This document shows, one piece after another, positions 1 through 7,971 of a stretch of DNA of 64,000 nt. The position numbers and the translations under genes are program-made. Location: positions 32,001 through 96,000 of the IMG/VR virus record IMGVR_UViG_3300037067_006113. One strand, written 5' to 3'. This DNA comes from a virus. Lineage: Duplodnaviria; Caudoviricetes. How positions within the stretch are numbered: the first letter of the stretch is position 1; the number at the start of each line of letters is the position of its first letter. The notes beneath the pieces are model-generated. The model worked only from the letters and a program-made list of their open reading frames with translations, was not told where the DNA came from and searched no databases.

Positions 1-73
1 CCCCAATCAGAATTGGAAACTTTCATTGGCATAAAAATAATATGTAATTTTGGTAATTCTATTTTCATATAAA

Positions 74-151
74 TGGTCGGAGATACAGGACTTGAACCTG
101 CGACCCCTCGGTCCCAAACCGAGTGCTCTGGCGCCACTGAGCTAATCTCCG
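74..151 (-). tRNA. tRNA-Pro(UGG)
   Basis: Cloverleaf; anticodon arm CTCGG-TTTGGGA-CCGAG; GTTCAAGT T-loop; encoded CCA. Confidence 0.95.
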
Positions 152-154
152 ACA

Positions 155-343
155 TTGATAACTGAGTGCTGTGGAGGAGGAAAGTCATTATCTAGAATGA
201 ACCTTCTCAAGTTTACGAGTAGAGACTTGAATGGTAATTCTTTTACGTAAACAACCTATCTTGTCCTCTTTCGTTAAGAGGCGACGATAGTACCTTATCC
301 CTCTACTAAAGGATTATTCAGTCACACAACACTCAATTGTCAA
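155..343 (-). ncRNA. candidate structured ncRNA (~190 nt) inside the tRNA array
   Basis: Ends pair over 19 nt (TTGACAATTGAGTGTTGTG / CACAGCACTCAGTTATCAA); several internal hairpins; no ORF in the track. Confidence 0.55.
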
Positions 344-349
344 AGTTTT

Positions 350-423
350 TGGCTGGCACGGTGAGAATCGGACTCACATCCTTCGGTTAACAGCCGATCA
401 TAATACCATTATACTACACGCCA
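350..423 (-). tRNA. tRNA-Asn(GUU)
   Basis: Anticodon loop CTGTTAA; G73; CCA. Confidence 0.93.
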
Positions 424-436
424 TTACTTATTTAAA

Positions 437-510
437 TGGTTCTGGCGGAAAGATTCGAACTTCCATCTGCTGATCCAAAGTCAGCCGTGCTACCCTTACA
501 CCACCCCAGA
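437..510 (-). tRNA. tRNA-Gln(UUG)
   Basis: Anticodon loop CTTTGGA; GTTCGAAT T-loop; CCA. Confidence 0.93.
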
Positions 511-549
511 TCATTGGTTGGCGTAATTAGTTGCTCTGTTGATTTATAT

Positions 550-624
550 TGGAGGCCCAGAAGGGAATCGAACCCTTGCATATTGGTTTTGCGAACCTGT
601 CTGTTTCCACTTCAGCACTGGGCC
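550..624 (-). tRNA. tRNA-Cys(GCA), atypical (C33, weak anticodon stem)
   Basis: Acceptor GGCCCAG/CTGGGCC; U73 discriminator typical of Cys; loop TC-GCA-AA; CCA. Confidence 0.8.
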
Positions 625-675
625 TTATTTCAGACTCAGTACAACAGTATTCTTCTGATAAACCAATTATGCTTT

Positions 676-867
676 TCATAATGATAATTCTAATCTTTTT
701 ATTATTTCGGTCAAATGCTTGTTGCTCTGATTATTACGGAATGCTTTTTGCAAACGTCGAAGTTTATTCTTTTCTCTTCTATGTTCGCGACGGTATCTTT
801 CACACTTAACTTTGTTCCTTCCGTACTTCCTAGTGCCACCATGACCTACTTTGATATGCTTGGACAT
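676..867 (-). CDS. small highly basic protein (63 aa)
   Basis: ORF with AGGAGG SD; K/R-rich. Confidence 0.75.
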   Translation of the reverse strand: MSKHIKVGHGGTRKYGRNKVKCERYRREHRREKNKLRRLQKAFRNNQSNKHLTEIIKRLELSL

Positions 868-938
868 GACTTGCTCACCTCCTAGTGAGAGTTGTCTTCA
901 ATTAATTTTGACAACTATGCCGTCATGTTTAACTCCTT
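864..938 (-). promoter_or_regulatory. structured leader with 3-codon uORF that sequesters the SD and AUG of gene 676-867
   Basis: AAGGAG-N6-ATG ACG GCA TAG; ACATGAC/GTCATGT pairing; CTCAC-TAGGAG-GTGAG hairpin over the SD. Confidence 0.55.
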
Positions 939-966
939 CATATCATAAATTTATAAATATTAGCGC

Positions 967-1049
967 TGCAAGGTCCAGATTCGAACTGGCATTTCCAGTG
1001 GGGTTCTTGCGAACAACCCACTAGTGTCCTACCGCTAGACGAACTAAGC
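967..1049 (-). ncRNA. tRNA-like RNA whose anticodon loop is replaced by a GCAA-capped extended stem
   Basis: D arm TCGTCTAGCGGTAGGAC; T arm CCAG-TTCGAAT-CTGG; CTAGTGGG..GTTC-GCAA-GAAC-CCCACTGG; poor acceptor stem; no CCA. Confidence 0.65.
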
Positions 1050-1052
1050 ATA

Positions 1053-1126
1053 TGGAGCGTCTAAGCAGACTCGAACTGCTGACTGCTACTTGGAAGGTAG
1101 CTAGTTTGCCTCTAACCTATAGACGC
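1053..1126 (-). tRNA. tRNA-Gly(UCC)
   Basis: GCTAC-CTTCCAA-GTAGC; U73; CCA. Confidence 0.95.
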
Positions 1127-1132
1127 ACATTA

Positions 1133-1314
1133 GGTGAATAACCATGCTTTTAAGTTTAGGTTACCACCTTAATTCCTATCTTACAGGTCTTACGACCATC
1201 GGACGCACTTTCGTGGTAAGGACCGATATTCCTCGTTATTACTTTGATCTCTTTAGTGTCGGACTTAGGGTTTTATTTCGCACCCAGTCTGCTATACGCA
1301 GTTTTTCCCTCACC
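1133..1314 (-). ncRNA. candidate structured ncRNA (~180 nt) between the two tRNA-Gly genes
   Basis: Closing GGTGAG/TTCACC; hairpins CAC-GAAA-GTG and GGTC-GTAA-GACC (GNRA loops) and CTGC-GTATA-GCAG. Confidence 0.45.
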
Positions 1315-1326
1315 GAACTATAACAT

Positions 1327-1400
1327 TGGAGCGGAATACGAGAATCGGACTCGTGTTTCTTCCATGGCAAGGAAGCGTTGTGCCATTCAACTAATCCCGC
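1327..1400 (-). tRNA. tRNA-Gly(GCC)
   Basis: CTTCC-TTGCCAT-GGAAG; CCA. Confidence 0.94.
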
Positions 1401-1403
1401 AAA

Positions 1404-1478
1404 TGGTGGAGCCAAAGAGATTTGAACTCTTAACCTTCTAGTTGCAAGCTAGTTGCTCTGCCGTTGAGCTATGGTCCC
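1404..1478 (-). tRNA. tRNA-Ala(UGC)
   Basis: Loop CTTGCAA; G3:U70 pair; CCA. Confidence 0.95.
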
Positions 1479-1481
1479 ATA

Positions 1482-1555
1482 TGGCAGGAACGGAGAGAGT
1501 CGAACTCTCAGTCACGGTTTTGGAGACCGTTGGTTTGCCTTTAACCGACATTCCT
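1482..1555 (-). tRNA. tRNA-Trp(CCA)
   Basis: ACGGT-CTCCAAA-ACCGT; G73; CCA. Confidence 0.94.
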
Positions 1556-1616
1556 ATAGTGCCGTAAGATAATGTGTTGCGTTTAAACGAACTATTTATC
1601 TAAAACGGCGAATCTA

Positions 1617-1645
1617 ATTATAACAGAATTACTCTATTTTTTCAA
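1617..1645 (-). promoter_or_regulatory. sigma70-type promoter for the left tRNA array
   Basis: TTGAAA-17 bp-TATAAT with TGn extended -10. Confidence 0.75.
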
Positions 1646-2617
1646 GTTTGGAATATTGTTGATAGTATTGTTTAATTTTATAGTCACAATACCACTCGAT
1701 ACTTTCACGAGTTTTATTAGGCATTACACAAGAACTACCTAAAAGTTTTTCTAGAGAAGAACATTTAGATAAGAACTTATACAGAGTTATTGTTTTCTGT
1801 GGTTCGGTTTGATTCCTCATCTTTCAATAAAATCGGTGGTATCTTATCCCCATGTAAACAACTGTCTACATAGTCTTCAGATACTTTTAAGAATTTATTT
1901 TTGGAACCACAGTTAACGCAACACTCTAAGTTGCGATCAGAAAATTCATTATATAACTCGCCAGTCTTTATAAGAATATTTGCCTCCCCAATACTAATTA
2001 CATAATGAATTGTGCCACAATTTTGACACTCAACATATTGAAGATTTTTTAATGAGTCTTCCATAATATTTATTCAACCTTTGCTGTTTCAACTTTTTCT
2101 TCTGGTTTCTTCTCTTTTTTGATTGACTTTAATGATTGTTGTTCAGTTTTACTTTCTACTTTAGGTTTTGAGAAACCTTCTTTTGGATCGGCTAATACAA
2201 AGTGTTGAATCTTATCGCTGATTATTAAAGTTTCAACTTTCTCTACGCGAACTCCATTTTTAGCAAAACTTCCGAGAGCTTGGTTTAACTTTTTAATGTC
2301 ATCATACTGATATAGTTTCATTAACTAAACACCTCCGTTTCTATCAAATAGTTTATATGTTATATAAAAATATAGCAATACTATTTGAATATATCTTCGG
2401 ATATGACTGGTTCATCAAGTTTTGGAATCATTGCACCTTCTAGTACTTCTGGAAATTCCTCACTATATACAACAATTTTGAAATTATTAGTAAGAGTATC
2501 GTATTGTACTCTTACAGCTTCGGCATCATTAGGAAATTTATTCTTAATAGCTCTTTTACATAATTCAGCAACAATTTGTGCTGACATATCTATATACTTA
2601 ACTTTTGATAATTTCAT
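1629..2617 (-). CDS. four small hypothetical genes (1629-1820; 1777-2064 with two CxxC pairs; 2070-2321; 2381-2617)
   Basis: Tightly packed co-directional ORFs; no recognisable family. Confidence 0.6.
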
Positions 2618-2921
2618 ATATGTTTCTCACTATTACATCTTTACTAACAAGACCGTTTGTTTGGTTAATAAGTTTCTTATTCTTATCTAAGAATATAAGT
2701 GTTGGAATGCTCATGACATTATATCTTAAGGCGATATTTTGACTAATATCAACATTGACCTTAAATACAGATAATTTATCCTTATATTCTTCTGAAATCT
2801 CTTTTACTATAGGGGATATTGATTTACAAGGACCACACCAATCTGCGTATATATCTATCAAAATTGGAAGGTCGGTTTTTTCTATCTCCTTATCAAAATT
2901 TTTATCATCTAGTATGATCAT
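2598..2921 (-). CDS. trxA: thioredoxin
   Basis: WCGPC active site; SIPT cis-Pro motif; 107 aa. Confidence 0.95.
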   Translation of the reverse strand: MIILDDKNFDKEIEKTDLPILIDIYADWCGPCKSISPIVKEISEEYKDKLSVFKVNVDISQNIALRYNVMSIPTLIFLDKNKKLINQTNGLVSKDVIVRNIYEIIKS

Positions 2922-2927
2922 AATTTT

Positions 2928-3131
2928 TTACCATTCTGGATACTTTTCTAAATCAGTACCTTTTACACCAATAGTTAATATATCTCTTGTCGGAACTCTA
3001 TATGATTTTCCTGTCGTAATAAGAATTATCTTCTTATATTTACCAAATATCTTTTCTAATTCTTTTAGTGTTTTCTGACCTTCTGGTGTATCCCATTTAG
3101 CTTTTATTTTTTCCTTTTCAGTTTCATTCAT
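2928..3131 (-). CDS. hypothetical protein
   Basis: Packed ORF in operon. Confidence 0.65.
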   Translation of the reverse strand: MNETEKEKIKAKWDTPEGQKTLKELEKIFGKYKKIILITTGKSYRVPTRDILTIGVKGTDLEKYPEW

Positions 3132-3300
3132 TTATCTAATAAGAAATTGATAACTTCTTCTAACTCTAAAACTGCTTTTTTTATACGGTCGATCTTATCC
3201 TCTAGTGGTTTAAATTCACTTGAATCTGGTAAAACAGGGATTTCTCTTTCCTTAATTTCAACTTCTATTTTATAAATTGATCCATCTTTATTTTTGAAAA

Positions 3301-3600
3301 TCATTTTTTCTCCTTAAAAAAGGCAAGAAAGTCATTTTTATCTAATACTATAACTTCTATGCCAGTTCCTAACTGAATTGATAAACAAGGTAATTTTCTG
3401 CACTTTAACGCTTCAGTATTTATTTTATTCCAAATATCTTCGGTAATTGAGTAGCTTTTCTTATCTGTTGTTTTACAGTCAATTAAAAACTCTTCGGTAG
3501 AAACGTCACCAGGTGCAAACCAAAAACCACCACTTCGTGGTTTTAGTTTACCACGAAATAGTGATTTGTCTTTATTTTCCTTTTTTTGCCACTTTTTCAT
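3301..3600 (-). CDS. PD-(D/E)xK nuclease, Holliday-junction-resolvase-like
   Basis: SGG...GDV...LIDCK motif; adjacent to ssb and recA. Confidence 0.7.
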   Translation of the reverse strand: MKKWQKKENKDKSLFRGKLKPRSGGFWFAPGDVSTEEFLIDCKTTDKKSYSITEDIWNKINTEALKCRKLPCLSIQLGTGIEVIVLDKNDFLAFFKEKK

Positions 3601-4072
3601 CTTCTCCTAATATATCATCTACATCTCCAAGATCTAGATCATCGAAATTTATATCACTTAAATCTGTATCGTCTTGTTTTGTTTTCATTGCTGGTTCTGG
3701 TGGTGTAGGTTGATCACTTCCATCTGATTGATTAGCCGATTTTTTATTATCTAGTAATATCATTTCACTAGCAACAATCTCAGTTATATTATGGTTAGTA
3801 CCATCCTTATCTTTCCAAAGTCTGTTTGATATTCGTCCTTCTAAATATACTTTAGAACCTTTAACTAAATATTGAGATATAATCTCACCCAATTTGCTCC
3901 AAGCAATTACTCTGTGGAATGTAGCTTCTGTTTTAGTCTGACCAGTGCTATCTTTCCAATCTCTGTTTGTTGCTACTGTGAAAGAACAAACTGCTGTTCC
4001 AGCTGGTGTATATCGTAACTCTGGATCTTTAGCAGCATTTCCTATAAGTGTTACTTTGTTTAAACATTTCAT
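3572..4072 (-). CDS. ssb: single-stranded DNA-binding protein
   Basis: LNKVTLIGN..DPELRYT..KGSKVYLEGRI OB-fold; acidic tail. Confidence 0.96.
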   Translation of the reverse strand: MKCLNKVTLIGNAAKDPELRYTPAGTAVCSFTVATNRDWKDSTGQTKTEATFHRVIAWSKLGEIISQYLVKGSKVYLEGRISNRLWKDKDGTNHNITEIVASEMILLDNKKSANQSDGSDQPTPPEPAMKTKQDDTDLSDINFDDLDLGDVDDILGEDEKVAKKGK

Positions 4073-4305
4073 ATTTTTACCTCCTTTCTGTTTTCAATTT
4101 CTGATAATTCTCTTTCCCATTTTGCAATATCTTCCCTAGCCTGTTCGCTGTACATTTCATGATCTTTATATGCTTTAGTTAAGTTTATATGTAGTTTTAG
4201 CCACAATGTTCTTGGCATTCTATCCCATGATTTTCTATTAATAGAGCCATATAAATAACCAAATTCAAAGAAATTTAAATGTATGTCTATATCACTTTTT
4301 TTCAT
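4069..4305 (-). CDS. hypothetical protein
   Basis: Overlap-coupled ORF between recA and ssb. Confidence 0.65.
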   Translation of the reverse strand: MKKSDIDIHLNFFEFGYLYGSINRKSWDRMPRTLWLKLHINLTKAYKDHEMYSEQAREDIAKWERELSEIENRKEVKI

Positions 4306-5281
4306 TGACTTTTTCCTTCCATAATTTCATTAAATCTTCTTTAAAGTCATTATTAGTTCGGACTTCGTTTTCTAGTTCCTCTCTACCTTGAAATGTTTTT
4401 CCAACAACGTCATAGTATGAGGCGCGACGTATTATTTTGTTTTGAATCAACAACATTGATACTAATTCATCAGCTTCATCAAAAACTACTTGTGGAGTTT
4501 TAATATCCATATCTGGGTGATAAAACACAAAATAACCGTCTCTATACGGTGGACATACTTTGGATTTAGAAACCTTAAATTTAACTTGTTGTCCTATGAC
4601 TTTTTTATTCTCTTCTATTAAGTCACCTCTTGTAACTTCTACTCGTAATGACGCATAAAATCCTAATGCACGACCACCAGCGGTTATATTTGGATTACCA
4701 TATAAAGTTGGTTTTTCTCTGATTTGATTAATAAAAAGTATTAATGTTTTATTTTTAGCAGCCTTACCAGTAATCTTGCGAAGTGCTTTACTCATAAGTC
4801 TTGCATGAAGACCAATGGTTTGTTTTTCTATAGACTCATCCAGTTCGTATTGTGGAACAAGAGCAGCTACACTATCTACAACAATAAGTGAAACGTTACT
4901 ATCAAGTAGTTTATAAATAATATCAAATACTTCTTCTCCAGCTGAAACTTGAGATATGATTAATTCGTCTGGATTAATACCAATATGTTTTGCAAAGTCA
5001 GGATCAAAGGCGTTTTCAGAATCTAAGTAAACAACACTTTTACCTAACTTTTGGAATTCAACTACAGTTCTAAGTGCTATTAGTGACTTGCCCGAAGAAT
5101 AAGGGCCATATAATTCAACGGTTCTCCCAAGAGGCCAACCACCTCCAATACACCAATCTAAATATGGAGATCCAGTTGATACTCGATCAATAGATATTGT
5201 TGACATATCTGTAATTACACCAATAGTATTTTCGCCAAATTTCTTATTCAATTCTAGAATTGTCTTTTTAAGATCAGTCAT
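4292..5281 (-). CDS. recA: RecA-family recombinase
   Basis: Walker A GPYSSGKS, IVVDSVAAL, FINQIREK, GGRALGFYAS; start placed at MTDLKK. Confidence 0.95.
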   Translation of the reverse strand: MTDLKKTILELNKKFGENTIGVITDMSTISIDRVSTGSPYLDWCIGGGWPLGRTVELYGPYSSGKSLIALRTVVEFQKLGKSVVYLDSENAFDPDFAKHIGINPDELIISQVSAGEEVFDIIYKLLDSNVSLIVVDSVAALVPQYELDESIEKQTIGLHARLMSKALRKITGKAAKNKTLILFINQIREKPTLYGNPNITAGGRALGFYASLRVEVTRGDLIEENKKVIGQQVKFKVSKSKVCPPYRDGYFVFYHPDMDIKTPQVVFDEADELVSMLLIQNKIIRRASYYDVVGKTFQGREELENEVRTNNDFKEDLMKLWKEKVNEKK

Positions 5282-5531
5282 AAAGAGCTGGTGATTGTGA
5301 GGCATACATTCTTGCCTTTAATTCTTGAGAATTAGATATATACCTCTGTAATTGTTCTTGTTTAAAATAATCTTGTATCAATAATGACCTATCGTCGAAA
5401 TCTTCAAATATAAATTCGGCCCTCTTACTTGTTCCCCATTCTATATCTATGACATTATGGTTATTCATCATTAACCAAACAGCAATATAAAAATTTGTTG
5501 TTCTATACATGTTTTCTTCTTTTGTTTTCAT
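5274..5531 (-). CDS. small phage protein (DUF5659-like)
   Basis: YRTTNFYIAVWL...FIFED pattern. Confidence 0.55.
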   Translation of the reverse strand: MKTKEENMYRTTNFYIAVWLMMNNHNVIDIEWGTSKRAEFIFEDFDDRSLLIQDYFKQEQLQRYISNSQELKARMYASQSPALYD

Positions 5532-5577
5532 AAATATCGCCTTAACATTTAATTAAATTTTATATTAAAATTATATA

Positions 5578-5946
5578 CTATGTATGTTTCTTTCTCAATC
5601 TAATCCTTTTGGATTTTGTCATTTTTACTAATAATCGTAATCTTCTTTTAGTTTGTTCACTTCTCCTATAATTCTGAAATGTCCTTTCACCTTTCTTAAA
5701 CCTATAGGCGTACCCTAATTCCAGGTTTTTGTATGTACCTTTGTTATACACTGCTTCTTTAAGTTTGGCACGGACAGATTCTCCAATTAAAGGTTCCTTG
5801 AGGTTAATACCCCACTTAATTTTGTATTCTCGTGTAGTTATTTTGTGGTGTCTAGTTATATGACGCGCTAATGCTCTATACCACCTACCGCATTCTTCAC
5901 AGCGGTGTGCGTCAATTATTGGATCGTAATCAGGTTTTCCAAACAT
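5578..5946 (-). CDS. C2H2 zinc-finger (Ros/MucR-like) DNA-binding protein
   Basis: CEECGRWYRALARHITRHHKITTREYKIKWGI..PL. Confidence 0.7.
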   Translation of the reverse strand: MFGKPDYDPIIDAHRCEECGRWYRALARHITRHHKITTREYKIKWGINLKEPLIGESVRAKLKEAVYNKGTYKNLELGYAYRFKKGERTFQNYRRSEQTKRRLRLLVKMTKSKRIRLRKKHT

Positions 5947-5960
5947 ATTATTATAATGTT

Positions 5961-6008
5961 AATTTACTCTATAGAGCACCCTATAGCAAGGTGCTCAAAG
6001 AGTCAATT
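5961..6008 (-). terminator. long intergenic hairpin (terminator or processing stem)
   Basis: AATTGACTCTTTGAGCACC / GGTGCTCTATAGAGTAAATT inverted repeat after the LemA/TPM operon. Confidence 0.45.
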
Positions 6009-6405
6009 AAAAACCGCGACTTGTGCCACCTCCAGAGAACATACCTCCTCCAAAACCACCAAATCCTCCTCCAAAACTACTACCACCAAAGATTGGTGTA
6101 GAAGGTACTGAAGGTATTGAAGGTGTATAGTGGAAGAAATCACTATCGTCGTCTTCGTTCTTATCTTCAAACCATTTATCTAATTTATCTCTAAATGTTG
6201 GTTTTTTTGGTACCTCACAATTCAGACAAATTGCCTCCTTAGTTTCTGGATTAGACAATCTAAGTCCTAATCTTTTAAGAGTAACTAAGTCACCAGGTGC
6301 TATTTGATCTGCATCGATATTGACCATTAAATGACCGCAGTCATTACACTTAATGACTTCTACATTCTGTTTTTGTAATTCTATTAAATCTCCTACTTTT
6401 GGCAT
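6007..6405 (-). CDS. Zn-ribbon protein with Gly-rich C-terminus of the type normally found on TPM/YgcG proteins
   Basis: CxxC...CxxC; ends GGGFGGFGGGMFSGGGTSRGF. Confidence 0.7.
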   Translation of the reverse strand: MPKVGDLIELQKQNVEVIKCNDCGHLMVNIDADQIAPGDLVTLKRLGLRLSNPETKEAICLNCEVPKKPTFRDKLDKWFEDKNEDDDSDFFHYTPSIPSVPSTPIFGGSSFGGGFGGFGGGMFSGGGTSRGF

Positions 6406-6406
6406 G

Positions 6407-6958
6407 TTATTTTTTCACCTCTTTACTAATTGCTTCGACTCCTGATAGAGCTCCACCATTCCAATCATTATTTCTTAAGAATGGAACAACAGATTCGTCA
6501 AGAATTCTTCCAGCTTTAGCGTCATTAATTACTTCTTCAAGACCTCTTCCTACTTCAATTCTGACTTTTCGATCTTCGGTTACAATTAAAAAGATAATTC
6601 CATTATCTTTTCCCTTATATCCAGGCTTCCATTTATCAGCTAATTTAATTGCATATTGTTCTACACTTAGTGGTTGAGTAGTTTTAACAGTTACTACTGC
6701 CACCTGAGCTGTTTGATCAAGTGCTTTTAAATCAGATTCAATCTTTTGTTTAGTTTCTTCCTTTAAAACACCCGACAGGTCAACTACATAACCAGTAGGT
6801 TCGGGCAATACCAATCCTTGTTGCACTTTAGTTTCATATTCATTAAAAGAAGATATAGGTTTTGAATTTCTAATTACTGCCGCTGATATTGCCATTCCGA
6901 ATACTAATACAAAAGCAACTACAATTAATAGTTCAACTAATGAAAATCCTTTTTTCAT
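6407..6958 (-). CDS. TPM-domain (YgcG-like) protein with a type IV prepilin N-terminal leader
   Basis: GYVVDLSGVL, QVAVVTV, KDNGIIFLI, RIEVGRGLE; N-terminus MKKG/FSLVELLIVV. Confidence 0.9.
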   Translation of the reverse strand: MKKGFSLVELLIVVAFVLVFGMAISAAVIRNSKPISSFNEYETKVQQGLVLPEPTGYVVDLSGVLKEETKQKIESDLKALDQTAQVAVVTVKTTQPLSVEQYAIKLADKWKPGYKGKDNGIIFLIVTEDRKVRIEVGRGLEEVINDAKAGRILDESVVPFLRNNDWNGGALSGVEAISKEVKK

Positions 6959-6959
6959 A

Positions 6960-7550
6960 CTATTTCACCTCCAAATCTACTTTAGGAGCTTGGCTAGCAT
7001 CCTGTGTCTGAACCGTAAATAATGGCTTTTCTAAAAAATTAAATACTATAGCTAAAACATTTTTTGGAAATCTCTTAATATCAATATTGTAATCTCTAGT
7101 AGCTTCATTATATCTTTCACGAGCTACAGTTACTCTATTTTCTGTTCCAGCTAATTCGTCCATTAAACCTTTAACAGTTTGGTCAGCTTTAAGATTTGGA
7201 TAATTTTCCATAATTACCATTAATCTAGATAAAGCACCTTCGAGTTGAGAAGTAGCTTGAACTTTATCTTCCGAACCCATTGGAGCGTTAGCATAGTGAG
7301 TACGAGCGTCAGCAATATCTTTATATACCGCCTGTTCATGTGCCATATATCCTTTAGTGGAATTAGCAAGATTCGGAATTAAGTCATAACGTCTTTGATA
7401 TTGAGTTTCAACCTGAGACCATAAAGTTGATACAGTTTCTCGTTCGGTAACCATTGAATTATAGGAACCAGTTACCCAAGAAAATAACGACATGCCAAAT
7501 ATAACAATAGCAACTAATACAGATAAAATAACTATTTTTGTCTTACTCAT
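6960..7550 (-). CDS. lemA: LemA family membrane protein
   Basis: N-terminal TM; WSQVETQYQRRYDLIPNL, ENYPNLKA, GTENRVTVARERYN. Confidence 0.95.
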   Translation of the reverse strand: MSKTKIVILSVLVAIVIFGMSLFSWVTGSYNSMVTERETVSTLWSQVETQYQRRYDLIPNLANSTKGYMAHEQAVYKDIADARTHYANAPMGSEDKVQATSQLEGALSRLMVIMENYPNLKADQTVKGLMDELAGTENRVTVARERYNEATRDYNIDIKRFPKNVLAIVFNFLEKPLFTVQTQDASQAPKVDLEVK

Positions 7551-7568
7551 TCTTATTCACCTCCTCAA

Positions 7569-7943
7569 TTAATAACCTATCGACTTTAATAAATCTATTC
7601 TTTGAATTTGTAAATCCTCGTCTTCTTTATTAACTCGGTCTAATAAAGTTTTGTATACTTCCATATTTTTATTGCTTTTCTCAAATGACGAACGAACAAT
7701 ACGATCCGAGTATTCAATTCTATATGACGTATTTCTATATAATTTTTCGTCGATTGATTTAATTTTTAACCATACAAGGTCGTGGTCACAGTTATTAACT
7801 ATGACTTCTTTTGGAACTTCCTTGGTAATAGTTTCTGTTTTACTTTTTGGGGCAATGATCATTCCTAGTAGGAATGCACAAAATATTACAACTATTGTTC
7901 TAGTCATACTCCATTTTTTATCTTCATTATATATATTATTCAT
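7569..7943 (-). CDS. membrane-anchored hypothetical protein
   Basis: N-terminal TM; upstream TATAAT. Confidence 0.7.
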   Translation of the reverse strand: MNNIYNEDKKWSMTRTIVVIFCAFLLGMIIAPKSKTETITKEVPKEVIVNNCDHDLVWLKIKSIDEKLYRNTSYRIEYSDRIVRSSFEKSNKNMEVYKTLLDRVNKEDEDLQIQRIDLLKSIGY

Positions 7944-7971
7944 AATTCTCTATTAACTTGTTAATTATACA

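Noticed and set aside
1-30. Possible structured RNA fragment at the window edge
   Set aside because: Truncated, with too little sequence to call
436-1441. Plus-strand ORFs 436-681, 549-809 and 1244-1441 (also the minus-strand ORF 41202-41396)
   Set aside because: Antisense shadows of tRNA genes
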